Origin: Naegleria gruberi
Lineage: Eukaryota
Assembly (NCBI GenBank): GCA_000004985.1
Contig: GG738952.1
Length of the DNA: 23,652 nucleotides
Direction: 5' to 3' (one strand)
Shown: positions 14,819 to 23,652 of the stretch, piece after piece
Layout: each line of letters begins with the position of its first letter
Numbering within the stretch: position 1 is the stretch's first letter
Notes under the pieces: model-generated
The model's database searches: none
What the model was told of the DNA's origin: nothing
The model's input: the letters and a program-made list of their open reading frames with translations, nothing else
Position numbers and translations under genes: made by a program

Positions 14819-16792
14819 TTAATAATAAATGTGTTTTTTAAGGTGAAAATCTACAAAACACTTTTGATGAAGGTAGGAATTACAAGCAGGACATTTGATA
14901 GGAGTGAGAGAATGAAAATTCTTACAATGCTCACAAAGTCCACGAGTTTTGACACTGGATGGGAAATGTATTGTTCTTTTGAAATTTGGGTTGGTGGATT
15001 CACAATGAGATAATGTTGCCTCTTGCAAATATTCATTGAGGGTCAAATTAGTTAAGTTTCTAACATGCTTATAAATTAAATATTGATTAACGAGAGCTAT
15101 ACGTAGAACTTCAAAGAGATGGATGATTTTCCAATTATTTACCTCGAAGGGAACATCCATTTTGTAAAGATTGATTCCAGACAATTCAACACAACCCATT
15201 CTTTCATATTTCTGAACAAGTGGTTGTGAATGAAATGTTTGATTACTTCCCAAATTAGTTAAAAAATTAACCTTTTTGTGATCATTGAGAGAAACAGCAG
15301 CCATGTGATTGTTTTTATGGACAGCTTGAGTCCACTTTTTAGTTTTGCTTCTTTTGAGATGTTTCAACAATCCATCACTGAAAAGAAATGTTGGTCTATT
15401 AGCCCTCACTGTCATGACATAATTCCATTCTTTTTCTGATAATTGATTTGCTAAATTTAATGATCCATAATAATTGTCGACACCTAAAATATGATTCTGT
15501 GGATCATCAATATGCTCAATAAGATCTAAAACAATTTTATCTGATTTATGTTCGTGTTTTGACAACCAAAATGCATAAACATACCCAACCCAATCAGATA
15601 GTGTATAATATTTCAATCCATAATTGTGAGGTTTGGTGGGGAGAAACTGTTTGTCACTAATCTTTCCCTTGAAAGGAGCAATTATTTCATCCACTGAAAT
15701 TTCTTTGAAACATTTCCAAAATTTTCTAGAATTCTCATTCACTCTCATTTCCAAAAAATCAGAGTCACATGTTAAATTCTGCTTGATTTGATTAAACATT
15801 GATCTACTCATTAAATATCTGAATATTCCATTTCCATAAAGGGCTGCATCAAGTCCTGATATTGTCCAATAATTGCAAATGTTTGGAATTTTACATGTAG
15901 TATTCATCAATATAGAAATATTTAAAAAGTTAGTAATTTGCTTTCTTGAAAACTTTTCTTCTAATATTTTGTTTTCAGTTTTACATTTTGTGAAATATTC
16001 ATCAAAATCAGGAAATATCTTTTTTGGAGTTCTAACTGGCTGATCATATTCTATATCTGAACATAATTCAATGGATTCAGATGGATTAGAGTAATTGTTC
16101 ATTCTCTTTCTCTTTTTGGATTTGTCTTTAATTGCAAGTTTATACATTTTAATCTCATCTGAGTAAATTTGCCAATATTCAACCTTTCTATTGGTTCTCT
16201 CATAAATGTGTTCTATAATATCAGGTGTCCAAATCAATTGAAATGATTCCTTTATGGATAAATCTTGTTTCACATTAATTGGACCAACTATTAGTGGACT
16301 TTCAATATTTCTTTCTGGTAAGGTTTTGTGTTGAATCCAATTATCAGTCAGTACTTCTTTTCTCAAATTTTTACATTTAATTTGACATGCACATTTAACT
16401 GTACAGGGAAGCTTATTCTTCTGACAGACACATGAAGTGCATGAAGTACAATTACTGCAAAATATTGTTCTTTCCATTGGAATTTCCTCTTCTGTTAATT
16501 TTCTAGCAACAAATTCCTCCTTCTCCTTCTTTGCATCTGGTGTTAGGTGTTTACAAGGTGGCATACTTTCTTCTTCATTGTCAACTCGTTCATTATCATC
16601 GTTATCATCTTCAAAATCATGACAAGAATTAGAAACTCCACTCTCTGATGGTGCTTGAGTATTGCCAGCAAGGTGTGAAAACAAATCATCATTGAGCAAT
16701 GACTCAATAGTACTATTATCATCGAAGAAGGTATCAGAATGTGAATGATCATTACATTCATCTTGAGTAGTGTGTTGGTGCAGTGAGTACAT
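14819..16792 (-). CDS. piggyBac-family (DDE_Tnp_1_7) transposase-derived protein with N-terminal CXC-like Cys cluster and C-terminal Cys-rich (PHD/RING-like) domain
   Basis: 657 codons, ATG rc 16790-16792. Colinear with T. ni piggyBac transposase: MSRSMFNQIKQNL versus MSRDRFDFLIRCL. ISVDEIIAPFKGK...KPHNYGLKYYTLSD versus LTIDEQLLGFRGR...KPSKYGIKILMMCD. LGVDNYYGSLNLANQL versus ITCDNWFTSIPLAKNL. MGCVELSGI...NNWKII versus KGGVDTLDQ...NRWPMA. The third catalytic position is Glu rather than Asp. C-terminus CEHCKNFHSLTPIKCPACNSYLHQKCFVDFH. N-terminal CSNCTSCTSCVCQKNKLPCTVKCACQIKC (coded about 16373-16459). Confidence 0.8.
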   Translation of the reverse strand: MYSLHQHTTQDECNDHSHSDTFFDDNSTIESLLNDDLFSHLAGNTQAPSESGVSNSCHDFEDDNDDNERVDNEEESMPPCKHLTPDAKKEKEEFVARKLTEEEIPMERTIFCSNCTSCTSCVCQKNKLPCTVKCACQIKCKNLRKEVLTDNWIQHKTLPERNIESPLIVGPINVKQDLSIKESFQLIWTPDIIEHIYERTNRKVEYWQIYSDEIKMYKLAIKDKSKKRKRMNNYSNPSESIELCSDIEYDQPVRTPKKIFPDFDEYFTKCKTENKILEEKFSRKQITNFLNISILMNTTCKIPNICNYWTISGLDAALYGNGIFRYLMSRSMFNQIKQNLTCDSDFLEMRVNENSRKFWKCFKEISVDEIIAPFKGKISDKQFLPTKPHNYGLKYYTLSDWVGYVYAFWLSKHEHKSDKIVLDLIEHIDDPQNHILGVDNYYGSLNLANQLSEKEWNYVMTVRANRPTFLFSDGLLKHLKRSKTKKWTQAVHKNNHMAAVSLNDHKKVNFLTNLGSNQTFHSQPLVQKYERMGCVELSGINLYKMDVPFEVNNWKIIHLFEVLRIALVNQYLIYKHVRNLTNLTLNEYLQEATLSHCESTNPNFKRTIHFPSSVKTRGLCEHCKNFHSLTPIKCPACNSYLHQKCFVDFHLKKHIYY

Positions 16793-16994
16793 TTTCTTTG
16801 AATTGGTTTTTTAATATTCATTCTAATATTAGTGTTTTTTAAATCACCATTATTTACTTCAATCTATATTAACACAAATAGATTTTCAACTCATCTTCAA
16901 TTTTTTTACTCTTGTTTACAATCAAATTGAAATTGGAACATCAAAGAATGTCGAGAATGTTGTGTGTTATCTGGAAATAAACAATAAAAAAAAA

Positions 16995-19900
16995 ATGAAA
17001 AGAACATCATCAGAGGCTGAATCTAACTCTGGATATGAAGGGCAAAAAATTGCAAAGATCTCTAATGAATCATCATCACCAACTCCATTATTGAATTCCT
17101 CTGCAGTGTCATCCGCAGCAGCAGCTAATAATTCAATGATGACAAAATGTTTTCCGATGGAATTAGGAATTTTGGACGAAATTTGTAGTTTTTCCTCTTT
17201 GGATACACAATGTTCATTGTATGCAACTTGTACATCAATTAGGAATATTATGGATGGGGATAATTTTTTATATCATTATCAATCAAGAAAGATTGCAATG
17301 TTAATGAAAGAAGCATGTAGAGAATTTACTTCAGAGGTAGATACGAGAAACTTCTTTCTTGGAATATGTTATAGATTAAATGCTGAAATTGCAATTTTGG
17401 ACAAGGAAATTAAGGAAAATATAATGATAGACAAGAATTTAGGAAGCTTATTTTGCTTTAATGTTGTTAAAACAGGAAATTCTTCATTCACTTCCTCAAT
17501 TAAGAAACTCCTTGTAAGAGATTCGAATCAGTATTTATTGATCAAGGTAGATTATGCTACTTTTCGATCTTTTAATCACTTACTTTCAACATTTGTGATT
17601 TCATGTAATAATAGAGTTCTTATTCATTATGAAAAAGCCAGTTTGGAAGAAATANNNNNNNNNNNNNNNNNNNNNNNNNNNNNNNNNNNNNNNNNNNNNN
17701 NNNNNNNNNNNNNNNNNNNNNNNNNNNNNNNNNNNNNNNNNNNNNNNNNNNNNNNNNNNNNNNNNNNNNNNNNNNNNNNNNNNNNNNNNNNNNNNNNNNN
17801 NNNNNNNNNNNNNNNNNNNNNNNNNNNNNNNNNNNNNNNNNNNNNNNNNNNNNNNNNNNNNNNNNNNNNNNNNNNNNNNNNNNNNNNNNNNNNNNNNNNN
17901 NNNNNNNNNNNNNNNNNNNNNNNNNNNNNNNNNNNNNNNNNNNNNNNNNNNNNNNNNNNNNNNNNNNNNNNNNNNNNNNNNNNNNNNNNNNNNNNNNNNN
18001 NNNNNNNNNNNNNNNNNNNNNNNNNNNNNNNNNNNNNNNNNNNNNNNNNNNNNNNNNNNNNNNNNNNNNNNNNNNNNNNNNNNNNNNNNNNNNNNNNNNN
18101 NNNNNNNNNNNNNNNNNNNNNNNNNNNNNNNNNNNNNNNNNNNNNNNNNNNNNNNNNNNNNNNNNNNNNNNNNNNNNNNNNNNNNNNNNNNNNNNNNNNN
18201 NNNNNNNNNNNNNNNNNNNNNNNNNNNNNNNNNNNNNNNNNNNNNNNNNNNNNNNNNNNNNNNNNNNNNNNNNNNNNNNNNNNNNNNNNNNNNNNNNNNN
18301 NNNNNNNNNNNNNNNNNNNNNNNNNNNNNNNNNNNNNNNNNNNNNNNNNNNNNNNNNNNNNNNNNNNNNNNNNNNNNNNNNNNNNNNNNNNNNNNNNNNN
18401 NNNNNNNNNNNNNNNNNNNNNNNNNNNNNNNNNNNNNNNNNNNNNNNNNNNNNNNNNNNNNNNNNNNNNNNNNNNNNNNNNNNNNNNNNNNNNNNNNNNN
18501 NNNNNNNNNNNNNNNNNNNNNNNNNNNNNNNNNNNNNNNNNNNNNNNNNNNNNNNNNNNNNNNNNNNNNNNNNNNNNNNNNNNNNNNNNNNNNNNNNNNN
18601 NNNNNNNNNNNNNNNNNNNNNNNNNNNNNNNNNNNNNNNNNNNNNNNNNNNNNNNNNNNNNNNNNNNNNNNNNNNNNNNNNNNNNNNNNNNNNNNNNNNN
18701 NNNNNNNNNNNNNNNNNNNNNNNNNNNNNNNNNNNNNNNNNNNNNNNNNNNNNNNNNNNNNNNNNNNNNNNNNNNNNNNNNNNNNNNNNNNNNNNNNNNN
18801 NNNNNNNNNNNNNNNNNNNNNNNNNNNNNNNNNNNNNNNNNNNNNNNNNNNNNNNNNNNNNNNNNNNNNNNNNNNNNNNNNNNNNNNNNNNNNNNNNNNN
18901 NNNNNNNNNNNNNNNNNNNNNNNNNNNNNNNNNNNNNNNNNNNNNNNNNNNNNNNNNNNNNNNNNNNNNNNNNNNNNNNNNNNNNNNNNNNNNNNNNNNN
19001 NNNNNNNNNNNNNNNNNNNNNNNNNNNNNNNNNNNNNNNNNNNNNNNNNNNNNNNNNNNNNNNATTGATCGTGTTGGAGAACCATCCTTCAGATTATGGT
19101 CATATCAAAAATACCAAACATGCCCTGGATTATGATATTNTATTGAAAGCAATCTCTGGAAATAGTAATCATCTTAAATATGTTCCAGTTGACCTGCCAT
19201 TTTTTGATGAACTAGTTCAAGTTGCCATGGAAAAAAACTTATCTTTATCTTGTCTTCCACTAGAATATCCACACTACAAACAGGTAGCTAAAACACTCAT
19301 AGCCAGAAATGGGTCATCTATTTATTATTTAGAAAAATCATGCTTCAATGATAGAGAAATTTTGCTGAGTTGTCTACGGGTTTCAGATTCATCAGATCAT
19401 GATTTTATTCTAAGCCAAGTTACAGATCATCAACTGTGGGATGATGAAGAAGTAATAAGAGCTCACTTATCATCGCACCCAAGACATGTCTTTGATGAAA
19501 TAGAAAGAAGAATATCCAGTAATAGATCATTAATACTTAAAATGGTACCAGAATTTGAAGTTTCTATTTATGAACTCTCTGAGGATTTGTGGAATGATAA
19601 AGAAGTTGTCATGCAAGTTTTTAATGCTATAGAATATAAGAAATTGCCTAAACATATCAGAAACGACAAGGAAGTATTATTGGCATACATAAAATACAAA
19701 CCAAATGAAGGAACAAAGTTTCTGAACCCTGAATTAGTCAAGGACTTGGATTTCCTAAAAAAGGTTCTTAACTATTCACCAAATGCCTACAAGTTTTTAA
19801 CTCCAGAGTTGAAATTGGATAGAAATTTAATTTTTGAAATTGTGGAGAATAATCCATGCCTATTCAAGTTCCTTGATTCATCCTTTAGAAATGATAGAGA

Positions 19901-20207
19901 GCTAATTATGATGATTGTTAAAAAATATGGAACCGATCACCTGGATGTCATTCCAGAAAGTCTAAGAGCCGACAAGGAATTGATTTGGTCATCTGTTGAA
20001 AAGAATGCCGACTTTTTCAACAAATATCCAAGTGCAATTACAGACAGAGAGTTGCTACTTCATGCTGTGAAACATTATCCATACACATTACAATATGCAG
20101 ACCCTCCACTGTGTGATGATTTTGAAGTAATCATGACGGCATGTAAGAATAGTGGAATGGCACTCAAATTTGCCTCTCCAAGATTGAAATTGATTCATCC
20201 CTTGTGA
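16995..20207 (+). CDS. F-box-like N-terminus plus DUF4116-type repeat protein (interrupted by gap 17655-19063)
   Basis: ATG 16995 preceded by A9; the track start at 16962 is GTG. FPMELGILDEICSFSSLDTQCSLYATCTSIRNI resembles an F-box. The C-terminal third carries tandem units of about 35-50 aa of the form L(R/K)xD(K/R)E(L/V)I..(V/I)(K/E)...(D/A)...F(L/N)..(P/S)..L (FRNDRELIMMIVKKYG..., LRADKELIWSSVEKNADFF..., IRNDKEVLLAYIKYKP...), typical of DUF4116. Stop TGA 20205-20207. Confidence 0.6.
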   Translation: MKRTSSEAESNSGYEGQKIAKISNESSSPTPLLNSSAVSSAAAANNSMMTKCFPMELGILDEICSFSSLDTQCSLYATCTSIRNIMDGDNFLYHYQSRKIAMLMKEACREFTSEVDTRNFFLGICYRLNAEIAILDKEIKENIMIDKNLGSLFCFNVVKTGNSSFTSSIKKLLVRDSNQYLLIKVDYATFRSFNHLLSTFVISCNNRVLIHYEKASLEEIXXXXXXXXXXXXXXXXXXXXXXXXXXXXXXXXXXXXXXXXXXXXXXXXXXXXXXXXXXXXXXXXXXXXXXXXXXXXXXXXXXXXXXXXXXXXXXXXXXXXXXXXXXXXXXXXXXXXXXXXXXXXXXXXXXXXXXXXXXXXXXXXXXXXXXXXXXXXXXXXXXXXXXXXXXXXXXXXXXXXXXXXXXXXXXXXXXXXXXXXXXXXXXXXXXXXXXXXXXXXXXXXXXXXXXXXXXXXXXXXXXXXXXXXXXXXXXXXXXXXXXXXXXXXXXXXXXXXXXXXXXXXXXXXXXXXXXXXXXXXXXXXXXXXXXXXXXXXXXXXXXXXXXXXXXXXXXXXXXXXXXXXXXXXXXXXXXXXXXXXXXXXXXXXXXXXXXXXXXXXXXXXXXXXXXXXXXXXXXXXXXXXXXXXXXXXXXXXXXXXXXXXXXXXXXXXXXXXXXXXXXXXXXXXXXXXXXXXXXXXXXXXXXXXXXLIVLENHPSDYGHIKNTKHALDYDIXLKAISGNSNHLKYVPVDLPFFDELVQVAMEKNLSLSCLPLEYPHYKQVAKTLIARNGSSIYYLEKSCFNDREILLSCLRVSDSSDHDFILSQVTDHQLWDDEEVIRAHLSSHPRHVFDEIERRISSNRSLILKMVPEFEVSIYELSEDLWNDKEVVMQVFNAIEYKKLPKHIRNDKEVLLAYIKYKPNEGTKFLNPELVKDLDFLKKVLNYSPNAYKFLTPELKLDRNLIFEIVENNPCLFKFLDSSFRNDRELIMMIVKKYGTDHLDVIPESLRADKELIWSSVEKNADFFNKYPSAITDRELLLHAVKHYPYTLQYADPPLCDDFEVIMTACKNSGMALKFASPRLKLIHPL
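17655..19063. other. assembly gap (1409 N); isolated N also at 19140
   Basis: Run of n characters. Confidence 0.99.
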
Positions 20208-20486
20208 AAAGATATTGCATTTAATCATGAAGAATTAAATTTGAGCAGATATCAGGATAGACAGATTCTGGTTGATCGCCATAAGGATTATTTCCATCTT
20301 GTCATTCGGATTAGCCTTGAATGATTTGAGCTGAGCAATAATTATCACAAAAATAACAGAAAGCAATGATAAATCTTTATAAAATCCACATGATGAATAA
20401 GTTTATTGGCTTGCAGTGCAATGCGAAATAATATTAAAAAAAATATTAAGATCGAGAACATATATCTGCAAAAACCTTAATACAAA

Positions 20487-20615
20487 ATGAGCAAATTTTG
20501 TAATGACAGAGAAATTATGGCAAAGCTAGAGGAAGAGTACAAGGAATTGGAAAGGGATACTAAGAACAAGAGCTCTAATGCAAAAGAAGAAAAAAAACAA
20601 GATAAAAAGAAGTGA
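20487..20615 (+). CDS. small 42-codon Lys/Glu-rich ORF (speculative)
   Basis: ATGAGCAAATTTTGTAATGAC...AAGAAGTGA translates to MSKFCNDREIMAKLEEEYKELERDTKNKSSNAKEEKKQDKKK. Below the ORF-track cutoff. Sits in the 440-bp convergent intergenic space. Confidence 0.15.
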   Translation: MSKFCNDREIMAKLEEEYKELERDTKNKSSNAKEEKKQDKKK

Positions 20616-20648
20616 TTGATCTCCGATTTAATAAAATGTGATAAAAAG

Positions 20649-22179
20649 TTAAAGCTCAAAGTCATGTCTTATTTGTGTCAGAATTGAAGTTTTCTTCATT
20701 AGTTTAGAAACTTCACTCTTCTCAAACTTATTCTTTGAAATATCTAGAAATTCCAATAATGGTAAAGAAATATTTTCATCAGATTTCTCAATTAATTTAA
20801 CAATCATACATTTTCTAGCTGAAATATGTTTTAAATTTTGTAAATTTCCATTCACAAACAATAATTCACTCAAATCACTTATTAAAATATTAATATCCAA
20901 ATATAGATATTCCAAATAGGAAAAATTATTACATTGTGAAATGTAGGTCAATCCTTCATTTCCTATTATGTTATTTGCCAAATCCAACAATTCAATTCTA
21001 TCCAACACTCCATCACATAAATATTTTACACCTCTTGATGTAATATTCGAAAATGGAAGAAACAAATGAGTGAGATTGTAAAGACTAGACGAAATTAACA
21101 TGACACCTTCATCTCCAATTTGATTAAATCCCAAATATAGCTTCTTTACATTCAATATAGAATCACTCATTGATAAATCAACAATACATTTGATTGGAAG
21201 TTTACAAAGCGATAGATCTAAATGAATTAAATTGGAATTTGGTAAATTTTGAAGATGCGAAGCACCTTCCATAATTGGATTATCACTCAAATCTAAAACT
21301 TTCAATTTTGTGAAGGATTGGAAATAATTTCCATGGATTCTTGATTGAGATCATTATTACATAATTTCAATTCTTCCAATTGTTTAAATTTAGAAATTTC
21401 CTTAACGCATGAATATCCTAAACTANNNNNNNNNNNNNNNNNNNNNNNNNNNNNNNNNNNNNNNNNNNNNNNNNNNNNNNNNNNNNNNNNNNNNNNNNNN
21501 NNNNNNNNNNNNNNNNNNNNNNNNNNNNNNNNNNNNNNNNNNNNNNNNNNNNNNNNNNNNNNNNNNNNNNNNNNNNNNNNNNNNNNNNNNNNNNNNNNNN
21601 NNNNNNNNNNNNNNNNNNNNNNNNNNNNNNNNNNNNNNNNNNNNNNNNNNNNNNNNNNNNNNNNNNNNNNNNNNNNNNNNNNNNNNNNNNNNNNNNNNNN
21701 NNNNNNNNNNNNNNNNNNNNNNNNNNNNNNNNNNNNNNNNNNNNNNNNNNNNNNNNNNNNNNATCAATCATTAATTGTGTCAAGTGTTCCATTTCAATTT
21801 CTGAAATTTTCTCCAAAACATCTCTCGGTAAAAGTCTTGGTAAACTCAAACTCGTTAATGAACATTTCAATACATTAATGTGTTCATATAATAAATGAAT
21901 ATTTTCCTTTTTAATATACATGTTCATTAAATTTAATTCCACAATTTTAAAACAATTATTTTCATTCATCTGATGATCATCATCAATTAGATGATGAGTA
22001 GTAATAAATTTCGTCATCATGATTTGATGAAAAGTATTAAATTGATTAAATTTTAAATGGATCGGAATGAGTGAGGAAACATATTTCCATTGTTTAGAAA
22101 CTCTACTGGTTGTAAATAATAAATTCCACGGAGTCATGTAATGGAAAATGACAAATAGAGTATCATTATCAAAAAACAT
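20649..22179 (-). CDS. F-box / ribonuclease-inhibitor-type leucine-rich-repeat protein (interrupted by gap 21426-21762)
   Basis: ATG rc 22177-22179. N-terminal DTLFVIFHYMTPWNLLFTTSRVSKQWKYV matches the F-box consensus (LP.EIL..I...L....L.....VSKrWr.lv). C-terminal exon-side has RI-type LRRs (LDLSDNPIMEGASHL, LYLGFNQIGDEGVMLISSSL, LDLANNIIGNEGLTYISQ). Stop rc 20649-20651. Confidence 0.65.
21426..21762. other. assembly gap (337 N)
   Basis: Run of n characters. Confidence 0.99.
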
Positions 22180-22580
22180 TTTTCCAACACTGTTCCCAAG
22201 AAAGTTTAATTTTTTTAATCTTTTTTAATCTTTAAATAATTTAATAAATTGTTTTTATATACACTAAACCTTTTTACAATCAATCCAACCAAATCTACCC
22301 CCAATAGAGGCCATAGTTTCAGTTTATTCTTATTGTTGGAGTTTTACTATTGTTCATGTAAATTGTAATTTAGCTTTTAATAGAGAAAAAGAAAAAACCA
22401 ATGAATTGATTTTTCTGTAGTCATATCATGCGTGAAGTTAGTGAAATTATATCTTTGAATTGATTGGACTTCTTGTAAAAATTCGAACTGTTTCAAACTA
22501 AGTACAATAAATTGGCGCCAAATATTTGAAAATCAAAACATAAAAAAAATCAACGCATCCCAATAGCTCTCTCACAACAG

Positions 22581-23428
22581 ATGGAAGTCAAACGTATGAA
22601 TTTTACAAAACTCGTCCGAACAACACTATTAAAAGTAGCCAACAAGGACTCTGCTAAACACCAAGAAGGCTACATGAAGAATGTTATTAAATTTCATGGA
22701 TTGAAGGCTCCGATTGTTGAAAAATGTTGGAAAGATACTCTGAAAAGTAATTTACAAACAAATATACCAGAATTGAAGGATCAGGTGGATGTTAGTTATG
22801 AATTAATAGCAAGTAAATATTTTGAAGAGAAATCTATTGGAATCAAGGTTGGTTTTTATTTGATAACTGAGTATTTAATTTGGAATATATAATAATGAAT
22901 TAGATATTGGCATCAAATGTTAAAAACTTTGTACCAAAAAAGAAGAAGAAATCAACTGAAGATGATGAAATTGGAGTTAATGGATTATATGTTGTGAATG
23001 GAATTGAGGAGAATTTATTTGATAAGGAACATGTTTATGATTGGGCAACTTGTGATACTATTAGCTCAACTGTAATTTGTGAGCTCATTAAAAGAGATTC
23101 AAGTTTGGCACAAGTTGTTCAAAAGTGGAAAGATTCCGATAATTTGTGGAAACAACGAAGTGCTTGTGTTAGTTTTGTAAAGATTGCCAAGCATGGAGAA
23201 TATAACGACTTGATTATTGATATTTGTAGTACAACAGTGAAGAATAGCGAAAGATTTGCACAACTTGGAACTGGATGGGTGCTGAGAGAATTGAGTTTAG
23301 CTGATTTGGATTTGGTAACTGATTTTATTAAGGAAAATTATTCACATTTCAGTAGAGAAGGTCTTAGATATGCTGTCGAGAAAATGTCAAAAGATGACAA
23401 GGAAGAACTCATGTCCTATGAACCTTAA
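22581..23428 (+). CDS. AlkD/AlkC-family (HEAT-like repeat) DNA alkylation-repair glycosylase; two exons, about 22581-22847 and 22904-23428
   Basis: ATG 22581. Exon 1 contains AKHQEGYMKNVIKFHGLKAPIVEKCWKD, matching the family N-terminal motif (YMKN.F.G...P.lRkiak.w). Exon 2 contains NLWKQRSACVSF and GTGWVLRELS, matching nfWl.Ra.iv and aiGWaLRe. The frames differ between the two ORFs. A 56-bp GTTGGT...AATTAG intron (22848-22903) joins them in phase 0. Alternative donor GTAAAT at 22812 (exon 1 would then end at 22811). Stop TAA 23426-23428. Confidence 0.6.
22848..22903 (+). other. putative short spliceosomal intron (GT...AG, 56 nt)
   Basis: gttggtttttatttgataactgagtatttaatttggaatatataataatgaattag. 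Removing it fuses the two AlkD-like ORFs in frame. It contains in-frame stops. Confidence 0.4.
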
Positions 23429-23652
23429 ATCAAATATTGTAAATATTTTAAATGATATCCATTCCATTTAATACAACTGTAAGAATCACTACGCACATTT
23501 CCTTCAATTGTTCAAATCCCTTAATTTATTTAACCTCAGAAAGGTTTATTTCTAAATTTGTAATATCAGAAATATAAACTCCACGAGTTATTTTTGATAG
23601 AAATAATACCATAGAAAAACAATTCATGAGTCAGTCAACAGAAATTATAGAC

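Noticed and set aside
1-23652. Prokaryotic features (CRISPR arrays, operons, RBS, tRNA genes)
   Set aside because: No direct-repeat/spacer periodicity and no tRNA-like GTTCGAATC/TTCGA box contexts were found. The 5S gene, the F-box/BTB/NHL/actin/Hsp70 content, A-tract leaders, an intron and scaffold gaps indicate a eukaryotic nuclear sequence.

Overview
This is an AT-rich (roughly 28-30% GC by eye) eukaryotic nuclear scaffold with seven poly-N assembly gaps. It is not prokaryotic: the 5S rRNA is of eukaryotic type and is followed by a Pol III T-run, the genes carry F-box, BTB, NHL and actin/Hsp70 folds, there are A-tracts before ATGs, and at least one short GT...AG intron is inferred. The standard genetic code fits. 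Genes are densely packed in alternating orientation and are mostly intron-free, with a few short introns inferred, as in intron-poor AT-rich protists or early-diverging fungi. The organism cannot be fixed from this window.

Contents in order:
- A 3' fragment of a Cys-containing protein.
- A CACTA/EnSpm (TNP2)-like transposase gene with its 5' end lost in a gap.
- A divergent Hsp70 nucleotide-binding-domain-like fragment.
- A basic NLS-rich protein.
- A tail-anchored protein with a PD-(D/E)xK-like motif and no ATG start.
- An NHL-propeller plus C-terminal BTB gene whose six NHL repeats are a near-identical 165/168-bp tandem DNA array.
- A 1.8-kb ORF-free, strand-skewed stretch with a degenerate direct repeat of about 280 bp.
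- Two convergent actin-like fragments.
- A 614-codon gene with a Cys-rich low-complexity core and a YfaP/DUF2135-like C-terminus.
- A solo 5S rRNA gene.
- A piggyBac-derived transposase gene with an extra N-terminal CXC-like Cys cluster and D-D-E in place of the D-D-D triad.
- An F-box-like plus DUF4116-repeat gene.
- An F-box plus RI-type LRR gene.
- A two-exon AlkD-family DNA-alkylation glycosylase gene.

The points most worth follow-up are the possibly domesticated piggyBac/CXC gene beside the 5S gene, the cluster of three putative cullin-RING substrate adaptors, the concerted NHL array, the actin fragments, and the AlkD homologue.

The supplied ORF track begins several ORFs at non-ATG codons (GTG/TTG at 4863, 6604, 12559, 16962, 22907). 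True starts were re-derived where possible.
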